NCBI RefSeq assembly: GCF_000011125.1
Contig: NC_000854.2
Coordinates: forward strand, 510,001 to 542,000
Reading direction: 5' to 3'
DNA: 32,000 bases
Source: Aeropyrum pernix K1
GTDB taxonomy: Archaea; Thermoproteota; Thermoprotei_A; Sulfolobales; Acidilobaceae
Part shown: in pieces, positions 9,490-18,093 of the stretch
How positions within the stretch are numbered: the stretch's first letter is position 1
How the letters are laid out: the number at the start of each line of letters is the position of its first letter
The notes under the pieces: generated by a model
The model's input: the letters and a program-made list of their open reading frames with translations, nothing else
What the model was told of the DNA's origin: nothing
The model's database searches: none
Translations under genes and position numbers: made by a program

Positions 9490-10416
9490 GTGGAGGTGGC
9501 TGGTATGCATAGCTCGTGCGAGAACGTCATAGTCACGCCTGAGGGCGAGTGGGTCTGCCTTGATACGGGGGAGGTTTTGAGGGAGAGCAGTTTCGCGGAG
9601 TACATAGCAGTGTCCAGGCACTCTTCAACCCCTGAGACGGCGACTCCAGTCTCGTTCAAGACGCATGATATGAACATTGGAGCTAGGATGAGCGATTTCA
9701 GCTCTGCCAGAAACCCCTTGAGGAGGAGCTTGAGGACCTCGAAATACGCGACGAGCAGCATATCAAGGTCGGAGGTTCCGACTATAACTGCTTTGCAGAA
9801 GCTAAAGGAGATGGTGGAGATACTTAAGATTCCTACTAGTGTTCATGAGACGGCCGCCCTAATTCTGAGGAGCTATCTAGACTCTGTTTCCAGGAGGCCG
9901 GGTAGGGTGGAGCAGTATGTGGCAGCCTCTATAGCTAAGGCTGTTGAGATACACGGCATACCTATTAGCAGTGGTGAGATAGCTAAGGCTGCCGGCGTCG
10001 AGGTAGAGAGTGTTCAGAAGGCTATACTACAGATGTCCCAGACTGACGTCGTCAAGAGTCTTGTCAGGAAGTCGATTGCAAAGGCCCGCTTCCGGGGTTA
10101 CTCAACAAAGATGAGGAGGATAGAAGAGTTTATAAACAGGCTAGTTACGAACCTAGGCTTAGACCCTGAGGTTAAGAGGATAGCGCTGGAGTTTGTAAAG
10201 GTCTCTCTCAAGGCGGGTAGCGGAGCGTCTATCAAAACCTTCCACGGTAAAAAGTCGGCGGCGCTGGCGGCGGCTGCAGTATACTTGGCCGCCAGACTGC
10301 TTAACTATGATGTAAGCCAGAAGAAGATCGCGAGTATTCTGGAGCTTAAAGAATCCAATATAAGGAAGCACTATAGATTTTTAATAGATAATGTCGCTAT
10401 AATAGTCTATGTATAA
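9490..10416 (+). CDS. tfb: Transcription initiation factor TFB (TFIIB homologue), divergent
   Basis: N-terminal residual ribbon (SSCENVIVTPEGEWVCLDTGEVL), two cyclin-like repeats (VEQYVAASIAKAVEIHGIPISSGEIAKAAGVEVESVQKAI; KSAALAAAAVYLAARLLNYDVSQKKIASILELKESNIRKHYRFL), and position after gar1. Confidence 0.88.
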   Translation: MEVAGMHSSCENVIVTPEGEWVCLDTGEVLRESSFAEYIAVSRHSSTPETATPVSFKTHDMNIGARMSDFSSARNPLRRSLRTSKYATSSISRSEVPTITALQKLKEMVEILKIPTSVHETAALILRSYLDSVSRRPGRVEQYVAASIAKAVEIHGIPISSGEIAKAAGVEVESVQKAILQMSQTDVVKSLVRKSIAKARFRGYSTKMRRIEEFINRLVTNLGLDPEVKRIALEFVKVSLKAGSGASIKTFHGKKSAALAAAAVYLAARLLNYDVSQKKIASILELKESNIRKHYRFLIDNVAIIVYV

Positions 10417-10507
10417 TGTGTTTTTAACCAGGGTTGTAATGGGAGGCTCGAGTTTTCCTCCCGCTCCCACTTTACAGCCCAGCCTGTTTTAAGACTCTCG
10501 GCTAAAC

Positions 10508-11128
10508 ATGCTTCGGTCTAGTAGGTGGGCACCTGTGGCTGTTACTGTTGCCGTGGGCACAAGTAACCCCATCAAGTATCGTGCTGTTCTAAGGGCTTTC
10601 TCGAGGTATTATGATGTTAGGGTTGTGATGGTCAGCGTCGACAGTGGTGTTGGGCCTCAGCCCTCGGGAGTAGCAGACGTTGTGGGGGGTGCTCTCGCCA
10701 GGGCTGTGAGAGCTGTTGAGAAGGCTGACTCATATTTTGGCGTAGGAGTCGAGGCTGGCCCTATAGAGTTCCCCGCCTCAGGCGGCTATGTGGAGACTCA
10801 GGTGGCGGCTATCGTGGATAGGGACTGCCGCGCAACAATAGGGATGAGCCCCTCCTTCGAGGTGGATAGAAGGGTGCTTGCTTTAATGCTGGATGGCGTC
10901 GAGATGGAGAAGGCTGTGGGTGTGGAAAGGCATGGAGGCCTAGGCGAGTCTGTGGGTTTTGTGGGCGTGGCAACATCGGGTGCTGTAACGAGGCAGGACC
11001 TCACGGAGCATGCTGTGATAATGGCCCTTATACCCAGGCTAATGGGTTACGGGAGCATAGCTACCGTTGAAGAGATAGCAGCTCAGGCCGGGGCAAGCGT
11101 GGAGTGCAGGAGCACTAGAGCTATATAA
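10508..11128 (+). CDS. Probable inosine/xanthosine triphosphatase (YjjX/DUF84 family)
   Basis: AVTVAVGTSNPIKYRAVLRAF, SGVGPQPSG, YFGVGVEAGP, VGVATSGAVTRQDLTEHAV. Confidence 0.88.
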   Translation: MLRSSRWAPVAVTVAVGTSNPIKYRAVLRAFSRYYDVRVVMVSVDSGVGPQPSGVADVVGGALARAVRAVEKADSYFGVGVEAGPIEFPASGGYVETQVAAIVDRDCRATIGMSPSFEVDRRVLALMLDGVEMEKAVGVERHGGLGESVGFVGVATSGAVTRQDLTEHAVIMALIPRLMGYGSIATVEEIAAQAGASVECRSTRAI

Positions 11129-11169
11129 GGCTCCTTTACGAGTCCACCCAATACCAGGGTGAATGGCGG

Positions 11170-11580
11170 GTGGGCATCTACCAGTGGCGTGACAAGAAGA
11201 AGCCCTCCGGGGGCAAAAGGCGCTACTACTATAAAGTAAAGCGAAAGTACGCGGCTGGCAGGCCCCCAACATACACAACACTATCCGCAGCTGAGGAAGA
11301 GGAGAGGAAACCGGTTAGAGCCAGAGGGGGCAGCTATAAGATTAAGGCTAAAAAGGTCGCGTTCGCCGTAGTATCAAACCCAAAGACTGGAGAAGCAAGA
11401 AAAGCCAGGATACTCAGGATAGTAGAGACGCCTGCACACAGGGAATACGCGCGAAGAGGAATAATAGTGAAAGGAGCGGTGATAGACACAACACTAGGAA
11501 GAGCTGTAGTAACCTCAAGACCGGGACAGGAAGGTGTAGTCAACGCGGTGCTACTGGAGGAGCAGGGACAAAAACAGTAG
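11170..11580 (+). CDS. rps8e: 30S ribosomal protein S8e
   Basis: MGIYQWRDKKKPSGGKRRYYYKVKRKYAAGRPPTYTTL..., C-terminal GAVIDTTLGRAVVTSRPGQEGVVNAVLLE. Confidence 0.97.
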   Translation: MGIYQWRDKKKPSGGKRRYYYKVKRKYAAGRPPTYTTLSAAEEEERKPVRARGGSYKIKAKKVAFAVVSNPKTGEARKARILRIVETPAHREYARRGIIVKGAVIDTTLGRAVVTSRPGQEGVVNAVLLEEQGQKQ

Positions 11581-11973
11581 CGGTAGCAAAAGGGGGAAAG
11601 GGAGCTAGCACTTATGGAGATAGACAAATCGATGCCAAGCCTGCTACTCGGCTATATAGAATATGCTCAAAACTTTCTATATCACTTAGACACCCTATTC
11701 CTAATATCTAGCAATAGCGAATGGCGTTAGTCTAGAAGGTACTTTGAATACCTAGATTAGGAGCTAAACTGCGGTCATTTAACATTCCCGCACATAGTAG
11801 CCTGTACCCACGGTGGACGGAGGTAGACTAGGCTTTATAGTTTTCAAGTAGCCTAGACTATGAGACTATATAAAACATGCGTGTTGAACCGTAGCTTCTC
11901 TGGTTTGAGTGCAAACATTTTCGGCTGTCTAGAACTCTCATGTTTTGCAGAAATAGCTGTGCTCTGTTACTCG

Positions 11974-12867
11974 TTAGTCGTAGAAGCCGTATATTAGTTT
12001 CAGCTCCTCCAGGGTCAGGGGCTCGCCCTTTTCCATCTTCTTCTTAATTTCTTCTCTCCTCTTCTCTACCTCGCTAAGCTCCATGCCCCTCGCCATTGCT
12101 ATCCTTATGTCCTTTAGCCTAGTCATCACTTCCCTGTACTTAGCATAGAGGTTGTCTATCTCTTTAGACAATTCATCTATTCTGGTGCTCCTCTTCTCTA
12201 TCTCCTCGCTAAGCTTCTTTATCCTCTCGTTATACTCTTCTATCTTGCTGCTCAGCGTTGCCAGCTCCTCCTTTACCGAGCCGGCCTGCTGCCTCAGCTC
12301 ATCTATCCTCTGGTTAAGGTCTTTAAGCTTGATAACCAGTGCCTTTACTTCGGCCTGAAGCTCCATAGTAGAGAGGGCCTGTTCTTTAGCCTTTCTAACT
12401 CTCTCTATAAGCTCCTCCAGCCTTGATATCTCCTCTACTAGCCTCTTCTCCTCTTCAGGTCTTAGGACCCTCGTCATCTGCATCATTTCAAGCTCCTGAA
12501 GCCTCCTCTGCAGCCTCTTGAGGCTTATCTTGGCCAGCCTACCGCCCTCCTTCTCGAGAAGACCTCGGAGCACTCTCAGCTGGTCCCTCTTTATAACGAG
12601 CTCATCTCTAGTCTTCTTCCTCTCCTCCTTAAGCTGTGCAAGCTCGTCTAGTATCTTTTTCCTCTCTTCCCTGAGGCTGCGGAGCTTCTCGACATACTCC
12701 CTCTTCTCCCTAGATGCTTTCCGCCTTTCCTCCCTTAGCGCTTTCACCTCGTTGATAAGCTTCCGCCTCTCCTCTTTCAGCCTTACAATCTCCTCCTTCA
12801 GCTCTTCAATAGTCTTGAGTAGCTCTTCCTCCTCTTTCTTAAACTCGGCTATACTTCTACCTTGCAC
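11974..12867 (-). CDS. Coiled-coil protein (COG1340-like)
   Basis: 297 aa of almost continuous heptad-rich E/K/L/R sequence, with short non-coiled C-terminal end (LTLEELKLIYGFYD). Confidence 0.8.
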   Translation of the reverse strand: MQGRSIAEFKKEEEELLKTIEELKEEIVRLKEERRKLINEVKALREERRKASREKREYVEKLRSLREERKKILDELAQLKEERKKTRDELVIKRDQLRVLRGLLEKEGGRLAKISLKRLQRRLQELEMMQMTRVLRPEEEKRLVEEISRLEELIERVRKAKEQALSTMELQAEVKALVIKLKDLNQRIDELRQQAGSVKEELATLSSKIEEYNERIKKLSEEIEKRSTRIDELSKEIDNLYAKYREVMTRLKDIRIAMARGMELSEVEKRREEIKKKMEKGEPLTLEELKLIYGFYD

Positions 12868-12982
12868 TAATGCATCACCTGGCCTTGATATCCAACCCTG
12901 GAACCTATGGGCCAGGCTTAGGCCCGGTGTTCACTAACCTGGGCTCCAATGGTTAAAAGCTTAATTTTAAGTAGATGAAGTT

Positions 12983-13795
12983 TCACTGGCCTGTGATATC
13001 ATATATTTTGTAGTCGTCGCCGCCAGCTAGTATCTGCTGAGCTTTGGCGGCGAGGAGCGTCACCGTCTCTGGCTCGAGAACCGAGGCCTGTAGGACTTCG
13101 CCTATAAATCCTGTTGTCTCTATAGCTCTGGCTAGCTCCTCTGCCAGGGCTTTGCCAGCCCCTTCATAAGTCTTATCCTTTTCCAGCAGGAACTCTAGGA
13201 AGCCGGGCTCTCCGAGCCTGGGTATAACCTCCTCTCTAACCTCGGGCAATAGCATGTCAGCCTTCGAAACAGCGTTAACCTGGGGCAGACCCAGCCTTAC
13301 AGCCACACTGCTGGCGAGTAGAAGGGCTGAGACTAGGCTTATAGCGTTGTCGATGAATATCGAGTCTATGAGGAATATATTTACACCGTTGTAATCACCC
13401 ATAATGCCTCTGAGGACCAGAGGACCTCCGACTCTATACGCAAAGAGCTCCAGCTGACCAGGCGTATCGACTACCACATAATCTGGGGAGTAATAATCTA
13501 TCTCCTCCCTAATATCCAGAACATGGTTTATCAGCGAGTCAACAGCCGCCACAAGAGCCCCATTAGGCCCGAGACCCTTATCCATGAGCTCCGCGACAGA
13601 GACGTAATCCCGAGCGTCTACGGAAGGATCGTAGGGAAGCTTCTCTGCAGCGGGGTCAAGGTTAAGAGTAGCTACATTAGCGCCGAGAGACGTTATCCTA
13701 TCAGCCAAGGCACCGACTAGACTGCTCTTACCAGCGCCAGCAGTGCCAGTAACTATTATATATCCTATCAAACCTTCCTCTCCATCTAAAAACAT
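12983..13795 (-). CDS. GPN-loop GTPase
   Basis: P-loop GTAGAGKSSL; PDYVVVDTPGQLELF; GPN-type insert LGPNGALVAAVD; NAVSKADML. Confidence 0.93.
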   Translation of the reverse strand: MFLDGEEGLIGYIIVTGTAGAGKSSLVGALADRITSLGANVATLNLDPAAEKLPYDPSVDARDYVSVAELMDKGLGPNGALVAAVDSLINHVLDIREEIDYYSPDYVVVDTPGQLELFAYRVGGPLVLRGIMGDYNGVNIFLIDSIFIDNAISLVSALLLASSVAVRLGLPQVNAVSKADMLLPEVREEVIPRLGEPGFLEFLLEKDKTYEGAGKALAEELARAIETTGFIGEVLQASVLEPETVTLLAAKAQQILAGGDDYKIYDITGQ

Positions 13796-13964
13796 GATCG
13801 TAAAGAGAGGCTATTACCTAAAATAGGGTTCAATACGCTGGCAGCTCTACTTCTCTGTTTTGGAGTTGTAATGGCAGTTGAGGGAGTACAGCGCCCTTTA
13901 AAATAGTTCGGCATGAGCTTTCTACAACGCGTATCTCAATGAAGGAAGCTTTATTAAAGTAGGC

Positions 13965-14022
13965 CGGGAGTGACCCGCCCCGTGCACATTTATCCCCGAG
14001 CCCCGGGGTCTATTCGCACGGG
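13965..14022. other. GC-rich nested inverted repeats in a non-coding interval
   Basis: CGGG-agtga-CCCG hairpin (13965-13977), then CCCGTGC (13979-13985) pairing with GCACGGG (14016-14022) around an inner CCCCG-agccc-CGGGG hairpin (13994-14008). Confidence 0.5.
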
Positions 14023-14184
14023 ACCGGGGTACACTCATTAGAATCTTCTAGCTCAGGCGGGTTTAAATACGTTGATTTCTGACCAGCGGTCATATGCTAT
14101 TTACGTGACTACAGATGCACTAGCTATAGGAGTTAAAGATTTTACCTAAAAATTCCTTCTATACATTAAATCAATATATGGCAG

Positions 14185-14309
14185 TTACCACGCGATGACC
14201 AAGCGTTCCAGCACCGACTCGAACCCGGGGAGGATGATGTAAACTTCCGCCCCTGGGGAGCGTGGTGGAGATGAAGCGAAGACACGCCTCTCAGGCGTCT
14301 TGCTCATCT
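14185..14309. other. Adjacent inverted-repeat structures of unknown function
   Basis: ACCACGC (14187-14193)/GCGTGGT (14260-14266), flanked by two possible G-U pairs, followed immediately by a bulged hairpin (14269-14309): AGATGA(a)GC(g)AAGAC(ac)GCCT-ctc-AGGCGTCTTGCTCATCT, 17 pairs by eye. Confidence 0.55.
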
Positions 14310-14816
14310 GGTAGGCTTTACAGTGGAGGGGCAGAAACGTTTAGTTGTAAGCTTCCTGTACTAGATTCTGTCTTTTTGACTCTTGGATGGGTTTATACTA
14401 TCTGTCTGCCCTGGAAAGCTGTTTAATGGCCACATGGCGGTGGGGGCATTGCTCCAAGCCCTGCAGGGCTTGCTTGTAGATGGGAGCCCCGGTGCCGTTG
14501 GGCTCGACCGCCGCTCGTAACCCCACACATGCTATACATTGCACCCAAGCCCCTGTGGTCGAGAAGGGAACCAATGAAAACTATTTAAAGATATAAAGCG
14601 ATACTGTGGGAGGAAGTGGGATGAAGAGCCAACACCTAGAGTGAAGGGCCCTCTGGATGGGGGTGCCGATGTACGGTTCCCTGCGGCTGGACCTTCTTCT
14701 AATTTGTTTCACGGCTAAGGTGGCTTGGATCTCTTGTTTGGCCGCTGTATGGCTTCTATGCTTCCTCTCTATACAGATTGTCTTGTTGAGAAAACTCGGT
14801 GCTAATACGAATGCTG

Positions 14817-14830
14817 TTTTAAACTATAAA
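14817..14830 (+). promoter_or_regulatory. Candidate archaeal TATA element upstream of the oxidase cluster
   Basis: TTTTAAACTATAAA about 100 nt upstream of the likely aoxA start. No experimental support; visual match only. Confidence 0.35.
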
Positions 14831-14931
14831 ATACTGTCTTCGAGACTTGAGCCTTACAGTAGGGTATGAACCAAGTATTAAGGATGTAGGAGGAGTTTTG
14901 GAATCGGGGGAGGATCCGGGAGTTGTCTATG

Positions 14932-15633
14932 GACGTTATCCCTACAGAGGCGATTTGGTGGAGACTGTTCCTCCTGTTCACAGCGGTGGGTGTATTAGCT
15001 GCAGGCACTGTCACAGCGTTCTTCATCTACAGCCTATTCAAGTATAGAAGCAGCGGTCAGGCGTTGGGAGAGGATCAGGGTACTGCGGGGAGGATTTACA
15101 GGATCATGGTTGAAAGCCCCGTTTCCGGAAAGTCAAAGTATCTTCTCTTTGTAACTGGGATAATAGTTATGGGACTAATTGTAGCCACGATAGATGAAAC
15201 ACTTTATCTCGAGAAAAGCCCTCCCGTAGAAGACGCTCTTGTAGTTATGGTAATTGGGTTCCAGTTTGGATGGCAATTCGAGTATTCAGTGGGAGGCGAG
15301 ACTGTCACCACTCTAAACTACCTGGTAGTCCCCTCAGACACCCTCATAGAGTTTAGGGTGACGAGTCGAGACGTGTTCCATGCGTTTGGCATACCAGAGT
15401 TTAAAAATAAGATTGACGCCATACCGGGTATTCTGAACAGCATGTGGATAAAAACCCCTGACGAGCCGGGGAAGGTGTATAACGCCTACTGTTACGAGTT
15501 GTGTGGCATAGGCCACAGCCTCATGGTTGGGAAGGTTATAGTAGTCGATAAGGAGGAGTTCTATAATGCTTATAATTCGGGTCCAGACGTGTTTAGCGAG
15601 TATGTGAATAATGTAATATCGAAATATAAGTGA
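14932..15633 (+). CDS. aoxA: Heme-copper oxidase subunit II (CuA)
   Basis: Two hydrophobic N-terminal segments, then CuA ligands VFHAF and YCYELCGIGHSLM. ORF track start 14923 (TTG); ATG 14932 preferred. Confidence 0.92.
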   Translation, partial: DVIPTEAIWWRLFLLFTAVGVLAAGTVTAFFIYSLFKYRSSGQALGEDQGTAGRIYRIMVESPVSGKSKYLLFVTGIIVMGLIVATIDETLYLEKSPPVEDALVVMVIGFQFGWQFEYSVGGETVTTLNYLVVPSDTLIEFRVTSRDVFHAFGIPEFKNKIDAIPGILNSMWIKTPDEPGKVYNAYCYELCGIGHSLMVGKVIVVDKEEFYNAYNSGPDVFSEYVNNVISKYK

Positions 15634-15636
15634 GGG

Positions 15637-18093
15637 GTGATGTGTATGGTGTCTAGGCTTAGGGGCTTCTTAGCCTGGGTATATAGGTGGATTACCACGA
15701 CTGATCACAAGGATATAGGGCTTCTCTATCTTGTGACCAGCATAGCCTTCCTACTGATAGCAGGCAGTCTAGCACTCTTGTTCAGGGTTCAGCTTGCCAT
15801 ACCGAAGTCTAACTTCCTAACGGGGGATGCCTATTATGAGGCAGTGACGGTCCACGGGTTGATAATGCTTCTCTGGTTCGCATCGCCGTTCGCCTTCGGC
15901 CTTGCAAACTATATAGTGCCGCTGCAAATCGGAGCTAGGGATCTAGCGTTCCCAAGGCTTAATGCCCTAAGCTACTGGCTCTACCTGCTCAGCGGTCTCG
16001 TGCTTCTCGCCAGCTTCTTCACCGAGTCGGGAGCGCCCAATGTTGGATGGACGCTCTACGCCCCTCTAACAGCCAGGATATACACGCCGGGAATAGGGTT
16101 GGATCTCGCCGCCCTTGCTATTTTCCTCTTTTCACTCAGCGTCACTCTGGGTACGATAAACTTCCTAGTGACTATAGCCGCTATGAGGGCGCCAGGCATT
16201 GGATGGTTTAAGATGCCGATGTTCACGTGGTCAATACTTTTCACGGTCATACTGATGCTCTGGGCCTTCCCACCCCTTATGGTGGGCGGGGCTCTGCTCC
16301 TGCTGGACAGGAACCTAGGCACCGAGTTCTTCCTGAACCCTGCCGGCGGCGCCCTGCTGTGGGATCACCTATTCTGGTTCTTCGGCCACCCTGAGGTTTA
16401 CATACTCCTGTTCCCAGCTCTAGGAGCCATGGCCGACGTTATATCCACTTTCAGCGGAAAGCCGATCTATGCCAAGAGGTACATTCTCACTGCATTCCTC
16501 ATAGCCACAATAATCAGCTTCGTCGTGTGGATGCACCACATGTTCATAACAGGAACGAACATCTACACTAGGCTCTTCTACAGCATAACCACTATATTGA
16601 TATCGATACCCTTCGAAATGGCTGTAATGTCGTTCATATTCACGCTATACAAGGGGAGGCTTGTATACACCGTCCCGATGCTCTTCGCTGTTGGCGCTCT
16701 TCTGAACTTCATTATAGGCGGCTCTACGGGCGTGTACCTCGGATCCATAGCCATAGACAGGGGCTTCAGGGGCACCTACTGGGTTGTAGCACACTTCCAC
16801 TATATACTGGTGGGTACTGTGACTCTAGGATTGATCGCCGGCCTCTACTACTGGTGGCCCAAGATAACCGGGAGGACCTACAGCGAGAGACTAGGTAAAA
16901 TACACTTTGCCCTGGCTATGCTCGGCGTTGCCCTAACCTTCCTCCCCCAGTTTGCACTTATGGATATGCCTAGGAGATACTTCACGTACGACATACCAGA
17001 ATGGGTTCCGCTAAACCAGCTTTCAACCCTAGGCGCGTTCATCTTCGGCGGCTCCATGGCCATCGGCCTGGTAAACTTCCTCTACTCGCTAGTCAAAGGC
17101 GGTTCTGCAGCTCCCAACCCGTGGAACTCTTGGACTCTCGAGTGGTTCACGAACTCACCACCGCCTAAGCACAACTTCGACGGTGTTCCCGTCGTTAGGA
17201 AAGACAACACCGTGGTATTCGTCAGTGAAGAAGCCTTATCGAAGTACGGTAAGGACGCAATAGTAGAGGGCAGGGTAGACGTTTCAAACGTGCCCCTCAG
17301 CGGAGGCCAGTCACACTCTAGCCACGGGCTAACCCACCATGGCACAACCGATCCTCTCGTGCTGGCCGCAGGCTTGACGCTAGCACTATTCGGCCTATTC
17401 GTGAGCAAGCCACTCTCATACCTAGGCGCCATAGTGTTCCTCCTATCCTTGGCTAGATGGCTCTGGAAGGATGTAAAGAACGTATTCGCCGAGGAGCTGC
17501 CAGGCTATGTCGAGCACTGGCCTTTCCCCAAGGATAAGATCAGGAGCGCCATGTGGGTGTTTATAGCCAGCGAGGTTGCCACGTTCGGCAGCATATTCAG
17601 TGCATACTTCTTCATCAGGTTCAACCCGGTAGGAAAGTTCCTGACCGAGGCGTGGCCTCCAGGATATCTCGTGCACGATGTCAACGTCGGCCTCATAAAC
17701 ACTATAATACTGTTCACTGGGACGATGCTCTTCACCCTAGCATACCTTGGTGTGAAGAGGGACAACTACCTCATAACCCTCTCAGGCCTGCTAGGCACAC
17801 TCTTCATGGCAATCTACTTCCTGACAGTGAAGTACTTCGAGTGGAAAGAACTCTTGATCGCCGGCCTCGGTCTCGATGCGGGCATGTATATGCAGGCTTA
17901 CTATGTGACCACGGGAGCACACGCGCTACACGTCATACTGGGAGTACTAGCCACAACATATCTGCTCGTCAAGCTCTTCAACGGCAACCTCAGGGGCAGG
18001 CAAGCACTCTCCGAGGTTCTGGCTGTAGGCATCTACTGGGGTATAGTGGAGATAGTCTGGACACTAGTGTTCCCGCTCTACTATCTGGTCTAG
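15637..18093 (+). CDS. aoxB: Heme-copper oxidase subunits I and III fused in one polypeptide
   Basis: Subunit I signatures (WITTTDHKDIG, VHGLIMLLWF, FWFFGHPEVYILLFPALG, VVWMHHMF, AHFHYILVG) continue in frame into subunit III (YVEHWPFPKDKIRSAMWVFIASEVATFGSIFSAYFFIRF...GAHALHVILG...YWGIVEIVWTLVFPLYYL). Confidence 0.96.
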   Translation: MMCMVSRLRGFLAWVYRWITTTDHKDIGLLYLVTSIAFLLIAGSLALLFRVQLAIPKSNFLTGDAYYEAVTVHGLIMLLWFASPFAFGLANYIVPLQIGARDLAFPRLNALSYWLYLLSGLVLLASFFTESGAPNVGWTLYAPLTARIYTPGIGLDLAALAIFLFSLSVTLGTINFLVTIAAMRAPGIGWFKMPMFTWSILFTVILMLWAFPPLMVGGALLLLDRNLGTEFFLNPAGGALLWDHLFWFFGHPEVYILLFPALGAMADVISTFSGKPIYAKRYILTAFLIATIISFVVWMHHMFITGTNIYTRLFYSITTILISIPFEMAVMSFIFTLYKGRLVYTVPMLFAVGALLNFIIGGSTGVYLGSIAIDRGFRGTYWVVAHFHYILVGTVTLGLIAGLYYWWPKITGRTYSERLGKIHFALAMLGVALTFLPQFALMDMPRRYFTYDIPEWVPLNQLSTLGAFIFGGSMAIGLVNFLYSLVKGGSAAPNPWNSWTLEWFTNSPPPKHNFDGVPVVRKDNTVVFVSEEALSKYGKDAIVEGRVDVSNVPLSGGQSHSSHGLTHHGTTDPLVLAAGLTLALFGLFVSKPLSYLGAIVFLLSLARWLWKDVKNVFAEELPGYVEHWPFPKDKIRSAMWVFIASEVATFGSIFSAYFFIRFNPVGKFLTEAWPPGYLVHDVNVGLINTIILFTGTMLFTLAYLGVKRDNYLITLSGLLGTLFMAIYFLTVKYFEWKELLIAGLGLDAGMYMQAYYVTTGAHALHVILGVLATTYLLVKLFNGNLRGRQALSEVLAVGIYWGIVEIVWTLVFPLYYLV

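Noticed and set aside
12518-12937. Plus-strand 139-aa Ser/Leu-rich ORF
   Set aside because: It is the antisense of the coiled-coil gene; the Ser/Leu/Phe-rich composition is the expected complement of Glu/Lys/Arg-rich codons.
14192-14256. Possible C/D box sRNA (GCGATGA ... CCGA ... ATGATGT ... CTGG)
   Set aside because: Every box deviates from consensus (RUGAUGA/CUGA), and spacing was matched only loosely, so this is too weak to annotate.
14185-14268. Possible tRNA gene (7-bp closing stem, about 80 nt, GTTCGAG on the complement)
   Set aside because: The GTTCGAG-like string is not next to the closing stem, its flanks do not form a 5-bp T-stem, and no D-arm or anticodon arm could be placed on either strand.
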